A stretch of DNA of 47,123 nucleotides from a bacterium (GCA_035528375.1 DATKYS010000030.1:1-47123); one strand, 5' to 3'; positions 8,062 to 17,212 are shown, counted from the stretch's first letter. The notes: a model not told the origin generated them from the sequence alone. Numbers and translations are program-made.

Positions 8062-9153
8062 TTGCGCCACCTGGATGAGTACCGGCGGAAGGGGCTGGTG
8101 CGGGGTTTGGCGGCGGCGATTACGGTCGAGGCCGACCCCGAAAAAATCTACACCCTGATGGAGGTCTGCGGGACGCACACCATGAGCGTGGCCCGCACCG
8201 GCCTGCGGAAGCTCCTGCCGAAGAATATCAAGCTCCTCTCCGGACCGGGCTGCCCGGTGTGCGTGACCGGCGTGGGCTTCGTGGACGCCGCGGTCGCCTA
8301 CGCCCGGCGGCCGGAAACCATCGTCTGCACCTTCGGCGATATGGTGAAGGTGCCGGGGTCTTCGGGCTCCCTGGCGACGGAGCGTGCCCGGGGCGCCGAC
8401 GTCCGCGTCCTCTACTCCCCCGCCGAGGCACTTGCAATCGCGGGGGAAAACCCGGATAAGCTCGTCCTCTTCCTCGGTGTGGGCTTCGAGACGACCACGC
8501 CCACCGTGGCCGCCCTGGTGGACGCGGCGGTCAAGGGGAGCGTTAAAAATTTCGCCCTCCTCTCGGCGCACAAGACCATGCCGCAGGCGCTGCGGGCGCT
8601 CTGCACCGGCGGGGTGAAGCTGGACGGATTTCTGCTGCCCGGCCACGTGAGCGTCGTCACCGGCCTGGGCATCTACCGCTTCGTCCCGGAGGAGTTCGGC
8701 CTGGCGTGCGCGGTGACCGGCTTCGAGGCGGCGGACATTTTGAGCGGAATCCTGGCCCTGGTGCGACAGGTGAACGCCGGCGAACCGAAGGTGGAGAACG
8801 CCTACCCCCGGGCGGTGACCGAGGGGGGCAACCCCAAGGCCCGGGCGCTGGTGGCGAAATATTTCCAGGCGTGCGACGCCGACTGGCGCGGCCTGGGCGT
8901 CATCCCCGGCTCCGGCCTCGAGCTGCGGGAGGAATATGTGAATTACGACGCGCTCAAGGCGTATCCCGTGGAGGTCGGGGAGCCGATGGAACCGGCGGGC
9001 TGCCGCTGCGGCGACGTCCTGCGCGGGCTGATCCACCCCACCGAATGCCCGCTATTCGAGAATCCCTGCAACCCCGGGGAGCCGATGGGCGCCTGCATGG
9101 TCTCCAGCGAGGGCGCCTGCGCCGCGGCCTACCGATACGGAGCGCGGACATGA
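8062..9153 (+). CDS. hypD: [NiFe]-hydrogenase maturation factor HypD
   Basis: Motifs CGTHTM, GPGCPVCVT, CTFGDM, GFETTTPT and MVSSEGACAAAYRY are all HypD signatures. TTG start lies directly after the hypC stop. Confidence 0.9.
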   Translation: MRHLDEYRRKGLVRGLAAAITVEADPEKIYTLMEVCGTHTMSVARTGLRKLLPKNIKLLSGPGCPVCVTGVGFVDAAVAYARRPETIVCTFGDMVKVPGSSGSLATERARGADVRVLYSPAEALAIAGENPDKLVLFLGVGFETTTPTVAALVDAAVKGSVKNFALLSAHKTMPQALRALCTGGVKLDGFLLPGHVSVVTGLGIYRFVPEEFGLACAVTGFEAADILSGILALVRQVNAGEPKVENAYPRAVTEGGNPKARALVAKYFQACDADWRGLGVIPGSGLELREEYVNYDALKAYPVEVGEPMEPAGCRCGDVLRGLIHPTECPLFENPCNPGEPMGACMVSSEGACAAAYRYGART

Positions 9154-9419
9154 ACGTCGCGGAGCTCGCCGAGGCGCTGTGGGTCATCGGCCTCTCCCTG
9201 GCGGCCAACGGCCTGTTGTGGTATTTCATCGGCGGCTGGAACGTGAAGAACGAAAAAGGTAAGACCATCGGCCCGCCGGGGTCTAATTTCAAGAAAATCG
9301 AGGTCGAGGGGGCCGACGCGGTGAAGCTCGGTCAGCGGCGGCGGAAGTGGAGCCAGGTGATGTTCATGGCCGGTATCGCGGCGCTGGTGTCCTGGGCCAT
9401 AACGTGGATGGGTGGTTAG
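9149..9419 (+). CDS. Small two-pass membrane protein, start overlapping the hypD stop (ATGA)
   Basis: MNVAELAEALWVIGLSLAANGLLWYFIGGW...MFMAGIAALVSWAITWMGG shows two hydrophobic helices. It is translationally coupled to hypD. Confidence 0.45.
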
Positions 9420-9427
9420 CGCCGCCC

Positions 9428-9456
9428 TTGACGGAAACCCCGAGACGTACTATATT
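9428..9456 (+). promoter_or_regulatory. Sigma70-like promoter for the lipoprotein gene at 9493
   Basis: TTGACG (9428-9433), 17-nt spacer, TATATT (9451-9456). Confidence 0.55.
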
Positions 9457-9492
9457 GGTCCATGGAGAAATACATCCAGGGATGTTTTTTAT

Positions 9493-10394
9493 ATGACCAG
9501 AGCCCGGTGGATTGGTCTGTTCGCGGTCCTGTTGGCCCTCGCGGGCTGCACGGAACCGGCGGAGCTGGATACAAGCGCGCCCGAGCTTCTCTACGAGGGA
9601 CCGGTCGGCTGGTCGCCCGAATTATCCCCGGACGGCACGTATCTGGCTATCCCTGAAGGCGTCAGTTACGGTGACGATGAAGCCGTGGACATGCTGCTCC
9701 TGGACATGGAATCCGGCGAGATAACGAACTTGACGCAGTACAACCCCCTGGATGGAATAACCCAAGACGCTCGTTATCCCTGTTGGTCGCCCGATGGGGA
9801 ATACGTCTACTTCATCCAGGTCGAGGGATGGGATCCCATCTATAGCGTCTGTCGCATCCCCTCCGCCGGCGGCGATATAGAGACCATCCTCACCCTGCCC
9901 GAAGCACGCCTCCTCGGCGTCAACGGCGCCGGCACCGAACTGGCCTTCTACTACCGGGACGATAACTATTCGTACCACATTGGCAGGTACGACCTCACTT
10001 CCGGTGGGCTGACCGACGTCCCCGGCGGGGACGACCTGGGGTGAAGAGCCTGAGGTACACGCCCGACGGGGAGTCCCTCATGGCGACAATCGAGCGGAGC
10101 CCGGACATCCCCTACCGCTCGGACGTGGTCCTCTTTCCCCTTGTAGACGGCGAACCGGTGGAGCTGGACTTAGATTTCGACTGGTCGCCCAGCCGTCTCT
10201 CCTTCTCGCCGGAGGGCGACCGTTGCCTTTTCCAGTGTTTCCAGTACCACTGTATCGTCCCGATTACCGGAGGCGAAGGCGCGTACTATCTCCCCGACGT
10301 GTGGGGGGAAATCACACGGGGGGCTTGGTTCTCATACGGTTACATCTACTTCGTCCTCGACGGGTACGAGGTCTGGCGGTACAAGCCTGAATAG
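9493..10394 (+). pseudogene. TolB-like WD40/PD40 beta-propeller lipoprotein split by a frameshift near 10040 (ORFs 9493..10044 and 10041..10394)
   Basis: Lipobox LLALAGC after MTRARWIGLFAV. PD40 repeats WSPDGEYVYF, YTPDGESL and FSPEGDRCLF continue across the frame change. The two ORFs overlap by 4 nt in different frames. Confidence 0.6.
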
Positions 10395-10413
10395 CGGCGG
10401 TGGTGCGGTGCAT

Positions 10414-10447
10414 AAAAAGAGCGGGCCGCGGCCCGCCTCTTTTTTAC
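10414..10447. terminator. Bidirectional rho-independent terminator between convergent genes
   Basis: aaaaagagcgggccgcggcccgcctctttttt: a GC stem flanked by an A-tract and a T-tract. Confidence 0.7.
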
Positions 10448-10460
10448 GACATCCCGAGGA

Positions 10461-11069
10461 TTAACCCGGTGGCGCCACCACCACGAAGTAAATCCCCTTC
10501 TCGATGATTTCGTGCGGGCGCAGGCGCGTCCTTTGCAAAATTTCCCGCACCTCGGGGATGGTGAAGGAAATTTTCAGGATGGGGACGAGGTGCCCCAGCC
10601 AGGAGCGTTTGATCGAGCCGAGGTACAGCCGGCCACCGGGCGCCAGTACACGCTCCAGCTCGTTCACCAGCGCCACCGGGTCGGGCACTATCTGCAGCAC
10701 GTCGGTACAGATGACCACGTCGAAATGCCCGTCGGGGTGGGGCGTGGCCGCGGCGTCGCCCACCTCGAAGCGCAGGTTCGGGAGGGGGCCGGACTTCGCG
10801 GCCTTCTCCCGGGCCATTTCTACAAGCTCGGGCGAGAGGTCGAGGCCGACCGCCTCCGCGTCGGGAAAGACCTTGGCCAGCTCGATTGAGCACTCCCCGC
10901 TGCCGCAGCCGGCATCCAGGATGGGTCCCCCGGTGTAGCCGACGCGCGCGAGCTCTTTGGCGTAGGTGCGCCCCATCCGGCGGTTGCGTGCCGCCGAGCG
11001 ACGCCCGTAGGCCCGCGCCTTCTCAGGGTCGGCGAACATTCCCTCGACCAGCTCCGGCTGCCGCTCCAC
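10461..11069 (-). CDS. Class I SAM-dependent methyltransferase
   Basis: ILDAGCGSGECSIELAK (motif I), GHFDVVICTDVLQIV and APGGRLYLGS. GTG start at 11069 with SD gagggtga. Confidence 0.8.
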   Translation of the reverse strand: MERQPELVEGMFADPEKARAYGRRSAARNRRMGRTYAKELARVGYTGGPILDAGCGSGECSIELAKVFPDAEAVGLDLSPELVEMAREKAAKSGPLPNLRFEVGDAAATPHPDGHFDVVICTDVLQIVPDPVALVNELERVLAPGGRLYLGSIKRSWLGHLVPILKISFTIPEVREILQRTRLRPHEIIEKGIYFVVVAPPG

Positions 11070-11113
11070 GGCTCACCCTCGCAGAATATTCACATACCTA
11101 TTTTCCATAAAAC

Positions 11114-11683
11114 CTAGTTTTTATTGAATAGGGAAATGCCTTTGATTGAAATGACATTAGCTAAGTCAAGTACCAAGATAACAATATAAATAAAATATAA
11201 AACAATGAAGCACCACGGCAATAATTTCTCAATTTTGGGTAATCTTTTGTAATGAGCACAAAACTTTCCTTTACCAAGTGCCAACCACTCTGCTTTGAAC
11301 AGCGATAAAGGCAATCTACTCTCAATCTCCTGGATCAGCGAAAACTTCACTTCAGTAAGCTTTGCGAAATTCCTCGACAGCCTAACCCAATAAGCACAGA
11401 TTAAAACACCAACAGAAGGGAATATCAGGCCCCAATAAATATCAAATTTAAAAGCAATTGCTGCAATCAGAGCTGCGTTTATGGCAACAAGATAGTTGTT
11501 ATGCGTGTCTCTTCTTCGACCGACCTGATCCATTACATTTACATAGCATTTATATTGTTCAATCAATAACTTATCTTTATCAAGTTTATTATTTTCGTTG
11601 AAGAGGACTTTCTTCGCTCTTTCTTGAAGAACGTGCGAACAAAAATCGATAAGTCTTTCTTTGTCTTTCTTACAATTACTCAT
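11114..11683 (-). CDS. Low-GC (about 35%) hypothetical small membrane protein with 2-3 TM helices; possibly a conflict-system membrane effector (SLATT-like guess)
   Basis: Strong RBS aaaggagcaaaag before the ATG. Helical N-terminal region, then hydrophobic segments YLVAINAALIAAIAF, WGLIFPSVGVLICAYWV and LLPWCFIVLYFIYIVILVL. Composition is foreign to the host. Confidence 0.55.
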   Translation of the reverse strand: MSNCKKDKERLIDFCSHVLQERAKKVLFNENNKLDKDKLLIEQYKCYVNVMDQVGRRRDTHNNYLVAINAALIAAIAFKFDIYWGLIFPSVGVLICAYWVRLSRNFAKLTEVKFSLIQEIESRLPLSLFKAEWLALGKGKFCAHYKRLPKIEKLLPWCFIVLYFIYIVILVLDLANVISIKGISLFNKN

Positions 11684-11763
11684 CTTTTGCTCCTTTAGTG
11701 GCAGTTGACACTTATTAATTTTGCTGGCGCGTGAGGGATATGAAATAGTAGCGACGCCTTAAA

Positions 11764-12876
11764 TCACTTCTCCCGCGCGAAGCGGGGCTCGTACGTCTCG
11801 AACAGCCGCCCCCAGGGCGATTCGTCCAGCCACCTCTTGTAGATGCGCTGACCCTTCCAGTTCCACCAGAACTTGTCGTGGTAGAGGTCCGAGGCGGCGA
11901 CGAATACCGAGACCAACGGCGTGTGGAAGAAGAGCTTCTGGATGGGGCGGAAAGGCCCGAACCAGAGGAGGTCCCCCACCAGGGAGGCGAAGTTGTCCCC
12001 CACGGTGAAGCCCCAGCTTTCCTTCGAGACGTCCACGTCGCCGGCGATTTCGATTTCCTCGATTCGCCCCGTGCCCAGGCCGCGCTCGTGGGCCAGCCGG
12101 ATGTACTCGATCTGGAGGGGGTCGAAGCCCATCATCTTGGCCGCCACGGCGTCAATGGCCACCTGGTCCGCCGAGGCCAGCATGAGGTCTTTTTGTACCG
12201 GGATGAGGGTCCGCGGCCCGGGGCCGTTGCCCGCCGAGGTGCCGTCCATCACGGCGAAGATTCCCGGGTGTATCTCCCGCTGAATCGCCAGGAGGTCCAC
12301 CAGGGTCTGGTGAATCCAGGAGTGGGTGTAGTGGCGCCTGGTGGCTAAAAGCCCCCCGAAGGCGTTCTTCATCGCCCCGGTGGTGGTGGTGTAAATGTGG
12401 CACTTGACCGTGGGCAGATGGACGATGTTCTTGCCCAAAAAGTAGTCGGGGAGGTGGATACCCTCGGGGAAAATTCGATTCAGGACCAGCATCTCGGCCT
12501 TCGGTTCGTAGCGGCGCCACACCATGTGGTCCGAGCGGAAGTTGAAGAGGACCGGGACGCCGTACCTCTCGTAAACGGGTCGGTACTTGTTCAGAAAATC
12601 GCCGCGCTCGGCCTCGGTGACCACGGTCTTGTTCTCCACGGCCACCAGGTCGCCCCGGCCCTCGCTCGCACGCAGGGCCTTTATGACCCCCTCGAGCTGC
12701 CAGGGGGTGGTGTTGGCCGAGGGCATGGGCAGGTGCCAGGAGATGTTGTCCTTGAGGATGGTGGTCTTCCTGGCGGGCAGGGCGCCCTCGAAGCCGGCGA
12801 GCTCCATCGCCCGGGCGGTGTCTTCCAGGACGGACTCGGGTCGCGTTTTTACGACGGCCACCTTGGCGCGGGCCAT
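11764..12876 (-). CDS. DUF362 domain-containing protein
   Basis: KVAVVK N-terminus, IVHLPTVKCHIYTTTTGAMKNAFGGLL and MDGTSAGNGPGP match DUF362 conserved blocks. RBS aaggagagtc before the ATG. Confidence 0.75.
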   Translation of the reverse strand: MARAKVAVVKTRPESVLEDTARAMELAGFEGALPARKTTILKDNISWHLPMPSANTTPWQLEGVIKALRASEGRGDLVAVENKTVVTEAERGDFLNKYRPVYERYGVPVLFNFRSDHMVWRRYEPKAEMLVLNRIFPEGIHLPDYFLGKNIVHLPTVKCHIYTTTTGAMKNAFGGLLATRRHYTHSWIHQTLVDLLAIQREIHPGIFAVMDGTSAGNGPGPRTLIPVQKDLMLASADQVAIDAVAAKMMGFDPLQIEYIRLAHERGLGTGRIEEIEIAGDVDVSKESWGFTVGDNFASLVGDLLWFGPFRPIQKLFFHTPLVSVFVAASDLYHDKFWWNWKGQRIYKRWLDESPWGRLFETYEPRFAREK

Positions 12877-13036
12877 TGACTCTCCTTGGGGTCTCGATTA
12901 GAATATTCCGAATCTTGTACAGGCTCGGAGCCGTCCCACTTCGGGCTTAGGCTAGCATAATTAACCTAATAGTTCCAAGGGGCGGCGGGATGTTACATTT
13001 TACCCCATCGAACCGGAGCGGGGGATACAGGTGCCG

Positions 13037-13065
13037 GCGACAGCGGGAAGCTCAATTTTTATAAT
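13037..13065 (+). promoter_or_regulatory. Putative promoter (GCGACA-N17-TATAAT)
   Basis: Perfect -10 TATAAT at 13060-13065 with a weak -35. Confidence 0.4.
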
Positions 13066-13134
13066 TGATTAAGAAAACCGCGTTTAGCTACCTGGGCACC
13101 TTTGGACTGTACGTGGCATGGAGTTTGCTTTACA

Positions 13135-13677
13135 ATGGGTCGCAAGTCCGTCCGGGAACGAATCTTGAAGCCCAAGAACCTCATCATCTTAGCCGCTTTC
13201 GCCGTCCTGGTGCTCACCGCAGGGGTCCTGCACTTCGGTCAGCAGCAGACCCAAGCCGCGGCGCAACAGCACGTCTCGATAGTCTCGAGCGAAAAAAACG
13301 ACTCCCTCGAACAGGCGGGTGACGGCATCAACGTCTGGCTGATCAAGGGCACGGTTCCCGCGGACGGCTTCGTCTCCTGCCAGGTCAGCTTCACCGACGG
13401 CCGGGTCGAGACCGTCCCCCTCGACGGGAGTTACGTGCTCGACGACCGGTGCTATTTCCTGGTTTCCCTCTTCCCCGCAGTGGGCGATTGGGGCGCCACC
13501 GTGCGCATTTCCTACAATCGTCTGGACCAGACCGAGGCCGACTTCAGGGCCGACCGTATAGTGATGTTGGAAAAGGTCGCCCCTCAGCTGCCCGCGGACA
13601 GGCCCGAGGAAGGCTTCATCTGGCGTGGGGAGGAGCTACCGGGGTGTAACGTGTGGCGTTGGGAGATTAATTTGTAG
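13135..13677 (+). CDS. Hypothetical membrane-anchored/secreted protein
   Basis: MGRKSVRERILKPKNLIILAAFAVLVLTAGVL is an N-terminal anchor; the rest has no recognisable domain. An alternative start at 13102 is possible. Confidence 0.55.
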   Translation: MGRKSVRERILKPKNLIILAAFAVLVLTAGVLHFGQQQTQAAAQQHVSIVSSEKNDSLEQAGDGINVWLIKGTVPADGFVSCQVSFTDGRVETVPLDGSYVLDDRCYFLVSLFPAVGDWGATVRISYNRLDQTEADFRADRIVMLEKVAPQLPADRPEEGFIWRGEELPGCNVWRWEINL

Positions 13678-13693
13678 CCTGCGTTCCCGGTAG

Positions 13694-13724
13694 AAAAGGG
13701 GCCCCCCCTAGGGGGCCTTTTTAC
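13694..13724 (+). terminator. Rho-independent terminator
   Basis: aaaagggGCCCCCctaGGGGGCcttttt. Confidence 0.65.
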
Positions 13725-13915
13725 AGGTGGAAATTGGTGCCGTATCCTGACCCTCCCCCCTGGGTGAGTCTGTATGGTGCGGGCCGGGGTGGGTGGTGCG
13801 ATAGCGGGCGGGTAACCCTCGTCATCGCTACCGGTATGGCGCAGACCGTAGAGAGGGGGGCGGCGCAACGGATCACGGACGGCGCGGTAAAAAAATACCC
13901 CGCACGGGTACGGGA

Positions 13916-13944
13916 TTGACTTACGGCATTTCCCCTGGTAAAAT
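13916..13944 (+). promoter_or_regulatory. Sigma70-like promoter with about 160-nt 5'UTR for 14112..15218
   Basis: TTGACT (13916-13921), 17-nt spacer, TAAAAT (13939-13944). The UTR contains the hairpin ggacgattgaaatccaccgtcc. Confidence 0.6.
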
Positions 13945-14111
13945 GTTACGGACGATTGAAATCCACCGTCCTCCCAGGGCGGACGGATGGTAGCGCGGCA
14001 GGCGGATACGCAAAATTAAGGTTACGAATTAATCCATTCCCCGTTTCCCGGCCTCAAAACAAGCTGAAAAAATCACTACTCAACCCACCCCCCCCAAAAA
14101 AGGAGACTCCC

Positions 14112-15218
14112 ATGCGTAAGCTCATTGTGCTCTTGTCCTTGGTTCTACTCTGTACGGCGTTCGCCGGTACGCCCTTCCTGAGCGTCGGCGGCTCCAACGA
14201 CGCCCAAACCGCCCACTGGCAGGCCTACGACGACGGCACCGACGACGTGGCCGCCTGCGTCGTGGACGACACCGACGAGTACGGCCTGGGCGACAAGACC
14301 TGGATGTACAACACCGACGGTATAGACTTCTCCGACGCGGAGACCGCTTACCTCACCTTCTCCTACATGCTGGACACGGACAGCTCCGACGACTACCTGG
14401 CCGTCTACGCCGTGGACTACGAGCCCGTCGGCGGCGACTTCGACCCCGATTCCGAGACGCCCCTGGAGGTCTACGACACCAACGCGGACGACTGGACCGA
14501 CGAGACCCTGTTCCTGTCCGACCATCTCGGCGAGGACGACGTCTACATCGTCTTCTACTGGGAGTCCGACGCGACCGACGTCGCCGCCGGCCCGCGCCTC
14601 AACGAGGCCTGCGTCTACTCCTGGGACGGCGAGTCCATGGATTGGAACCAGATACTCTACTGGAACGAAAACCACTACGGTGAGGCGGTCAACCTCGACC
14701 TATCCGACGGCGCCGGCGGCACCATCGGCGTGGACTTCCACTACAACGACGCCAGCTGGGACTGGTACTGCGAGGTGGACAACGCCGTCATCTCCGACGA
14801 CTCGCGCGGCGAGCTCCTCAACGAGCAGTTCGAGTCTTGGCCGCCCTCGGGTTGGGACATATACACCGGGGAAACCTACACTTGGGTGAGTAACACCACG
14901 TGCTACCGCTCGAACCAAACCGGAGGCAGCGGTAACTGCGCCGACGCCGACTCCGATTACTGGTACATGGGGGTCGACGCCCACATGGTTACCCCGCCCA
15001 TCGACTGCTCCGGCAGCACCACCGTCGACCTGGACTTCCTCGCCTACTATTGGGACATCGGCGGCGGCGACTACTTCGAGGTCCTGCTGGGCACCGCCGG
15101 CATGTCGGCCGACATCGAGGACATGTTCGACGACCTCGGCGGCTGGACCACCGTGGACGAGGGCGAGTACCTCGACGTGGTGACCACTAGCTGGGGCGAC
15201 ATCAAGGCCACCTTCTAG
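14112..15218 (+). CDS. Highly acidic secreted protein with two MAM/choice-of-anchor-J-like half domains
   Basis: Strong RBS aaaaaaggagactccc before the ATG. Signal MRKLIVLLSLVLLCTAFAGTP. Asp content is roughly 20%. The second half begins FESWPPSGWDIYTGETYTWV, as in choice-of-anchor J/MAM-like domains. The region upstream of 14112 in track ORF 13956 is rejected. Confidence 0.7.
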   Translation: MRKLIVLLSLVLLCTAFAGTPFLSVGGSNDAQTAHWQAYDDGTDDVAACVVDDTDEYGLGDKTWMYNTDGIDFSDAETAYLTFSYMLDTDSSDDYLAVYAVDYEPVGGDFDPDSETPLEVYDTNADDWTDETLFLSDHLGEDDVYIVFYWESDATDVAAGPRLNEACVYSWDGESMDWNQILYWNENHYGEAVNLDLSDGAGGTIGVDFHYNDASWDWYCEVDNAVISDDSRGELLNEQFESWPPSGWDIYTGETYTWVSNTTCYRSNQTGGSGNCADADSDYWYMGVDAHMVTPPIDCSGSTTVDLDFLAYYWDIGGGDYFEVLLGTAGMSADIEDMFDDLGGWTTVDEGEYLDVVTTSWGDIKATF

Positions 15219-15237
15219 TCCCGTACCCGCAACGCTG

Positions 15238-15275
15238 AAAAAGGGGTCGGTCGTCCGGCCCCTTCTGTATTGCTT
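15238..15275 (+). terminator. Rho-independent terminator
   Basis: aaaaa ggggtcgg tcgt ccggcccc ttctgtatt. Confidence 0.55.
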
Positions 15276-15280
15276 AAACA

Positions 15281-15310
15281 GACGTAGGGGCCGACCTTCA
15301 GGTCGGCCCG
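15281..15310. repeat. gacgtaggggccgacc-ttca-ggtcggccc palindromic element, same family as 3321 and 18745
   Basis: Conserved flank (GAT)G(A/C)CGTAGGG plus a perfect hairpin. Two further GC hairpins follow at 15340-15377 and 15408-15429. Confidence 0.6.
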
Positions 15311-15454
15311 CGGTTTCCCTTGTAAACGGCGATGTGGGGCGGCCCCGTGGGACGAGTCCCCTGCGGGCCGCCGCGATATTTTGATGCTCGACGGTGGTTA
15401 AACCCGCGGGCGGGTGTGGACACCCGCCCCTACGTCAAAACCGCAATCCCACCG

Positions 15455-15484
15455 TTGACCGCCCCGCGGGCCGGTTGCTATCAT
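15455..15484 (+). promoter_or_regulatory. Sigma70-like promoter for the aldehyde dehydrogenase
   Basis: TTGACC (15455-15460), 18-nt spacer, TATCAT (15479-15484). Confidence 0.5.
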
Positions 15485-15531
15485 CACCCCGAAGCTCAAC
15501 CCACCCCCTTTCAGCCCCAAAGCGAGGAACA

Positions 15532-17028
15532 ATGCCCGAGCCGAAGCACTTCAAGAACTACATCGGCGGCGCGTGGGTCGAGGCCGCCTCCGGCGAACGC
15601 TACGAAAACCGCAACCCGGCCGATACAGACGACCTGGTCGCCACCCACCCGAGATCCGATGGGCGGGACGTGGACGCCGCCGTGGCCGCGGCCAGGGAGG
15701 CCTTCGAATCCTGGCGCCTGGTCCCCGCCCCCGAGCGCGGCCTGGCGATAATGAAGGCCGCGGAAATCCTGAAAGCGCGCAAAGAGGAAATTTCCCGGAT
15801 GATGACCCGGGAGATGGGCAAGGTCATCGCCGAGACCCGGGGTGACACCCAGGAGGCCATAGACTGCGGGATGTACGCCGCGGGGGAGGGCCGCCGCCTC
15901 TTCGGCCGCCACACACCCGTCGAGATGCGCAACAAATTCGGCATGGCCATCCGCCGGCCCGTGGGCGTCTGCGGCATGATAACCCCCTGGAATTTCCCCA
16001 TCGCCATCCCCTCGTGGAAGATGTTCCCCGCGCTCATCTGCGGCAACACCTGCGTCATCAAGCCCGCGACCCTCACCCCGGCGAGCGTGGGCAACTTCAT
16101 GGAGGTCTTCGAGGAGGCCGGCTTCCCGCCCGGCGTGGTGAACATGGTCACCGGCGGCGGCTCAACCGTGGGCAAGGCCATCGTCGAGCACCCCGATGTC
16201 AACCGCGTCTCGTTCACCGGCTCGGTGGAGATAGGCAACATGCTGGCCGGGCAGTGCGGGGCGCTGGGCAAGCCGTTTTCCGCCGAGCTGGGCGGCAAAA
16301 ACGCCCAGATCGTCATGGACGACGCCAACCTTCCCCTGGCGCTCGACGGCGTCCTGTGGGGCGCCTTCGGCACCACCGGCCAGCGCTGCACCGCCACCAG
16401 CCGCCTCATCCTCCACGAAAAAATCCACGACGGGTTCATGGAAAAGCTCATCGAGCGGGCCAAAAAGCTCAAGGTCGGCAACGGCCTCGACGAGTCCGTG
16501 GACATGGGCCCCGCCGTGTCCGAGGACCAACTCAAGACCGACCTCTACTACATCGAGGTGGGCAAGAACGAGGACAAGGCCGCGCTCGTCCTGGGCGGGA
16601 AGCGGCTCACCGGCGGCGCCTACGACAAGGGCTTCTTCATCGAGCCGACGATTTTTTCAGGGGTCAAGGCGGGGATGCGCCTGGAGCAGGAGGAGATTTT
16701 CGGCCCGATCCTTTCCGTGATAAAGGTCGGGAGCTTCGAGGAGGCCATCCGCGTCCAGAACGACACCGCCTACGGCCTCTCCAGCTCCATCTACACCGAG
16801 AACGTGAACCTGGCCTTCAAGGCGATTCAGGACATCGAGGCGGGGATAACGTACATCAACGGGCCGACCATCGGCGCCGAGGTGCACCTGCCCTTCGGCG
16901 GGGTGAAGGGCACCGGCAACGGGCACCGCGAGGCGTCCTGGACGGTGCTGGATTTCTACACCGAGTGGAAGAGCGTTTACGTGGAGTACTCCGGCAGGCT
17001 CCAGCGCGCGCAGATCGACAACCAGTAG
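15532..17028 (+). CDS. NAD(P)-dependent aldehyde dehydrogenase family protein
   Basis: ALDH catalytic motifs FSAELGGKNAQIV (Glu) and FGTTGQRCTATSRL (Cys), plus the GxxxxG NAD fingerprint (MVTGGGSTVG). Start MPEPKHFKNYIGGAWV with SD gagga. Confidence 0.9.
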   Translation: MPEPKHFKNYIGGAWVEAASGERYENRNPADTDDLVATHPRSDGRDVDAAVAAAREAFESWRLVPAPERGLAIMKAAEILKARKEEISRMMTREMGKVIAETRGDTQEAIDCGMYAAGEGRRLFGRHTPVEMRNKFGMAIRRPVGVCGMITPWNFPIAIPSWKMFPALICGNTCVIKPATLTPASVGNFMEVFEEAGFPPGVVNMVTGGGSTVGKAIVEHPDVNRVSFTGSVEIGNMLAGQCGALGKPFSAELGGKNAQIVMDDANLPLALDGVLWGAFGTTGQRCTATSRLILHEKIHDGFMEKLIERAKKLKVGNGLDESVDMGPAVSEDQLKTDLYYIEVGKNEDKAALVLGGKRLTGGAYDKGFFIEPTIFSGVKAGMRLEQEEIFGPILSVIKVGSFEEAIRVQNDTAYGLSSSIYTENVNLAFKAIQDIEAGITYINGPTIGAEVHLPFGGVKGTGNGHREASWTVLDFYTEWKSVYVEYSGRLQRAQIDNQ

Positions 17029-17041
17029 CACCTTTCATGTC

Positions 17042-17212
17042 CCCTCTCCCCTCTGGGGAGCGGCTCACCGACGGGCTAGGGAGGGGGGTTCATATCTCCT
17101 CGCCCCTTTGGGGAAAGGGATAGGGTGAGGGGTGAGATGTAGGGCGGCAGCTCTGTATGCCGCCCTCCTCAACGTTTTTCGGGCGGGGTACAGAGCCCCC
17201 GCCCTACAGGTT
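17042..17212. repeat. Composite repeat: two reversed ctctccc units (17042-17130) then two gtagggcgg hairpins (17136-17168, 17181-17210)
   Basis: gtcccctctcccctctggggagcggctcaccgacgggctaggg is the reverse complement of the unit seen at 3487-3541. atgtagggcggcagctctgtatgccgccct and gggcggggtacagagcccccgccctaca are both hairpins. Confidence 0.65.

Noticed and set aside
7723-9036. 437-aa minus-strand ORF antisense to hypC and hypD
   Set aside because: hypC and hypD on the plus strand have unmistakable motifs. The antisense ORF is R/G/H/P-rich with no domain.
12900-12930. Palindrome cggaatattctaa (gaatattc core) upstream of the DUF362 gene as an operator
   Set aside because: It is a single 8-bp perfect palindrome in an AT-richer stretch with no second copy and no identifiable promoter hexamers at proper spacing. 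Too weak to call.
15600-16535. 311-aa minus-strand ORF and the 369-aa alternate-frame ORF 16014..17123 within the aldehyde dehydrogenase gene
   Set aside because: The ALDH frame carries catalytic Glu and Cys motifs. The others are shadow ORFs.
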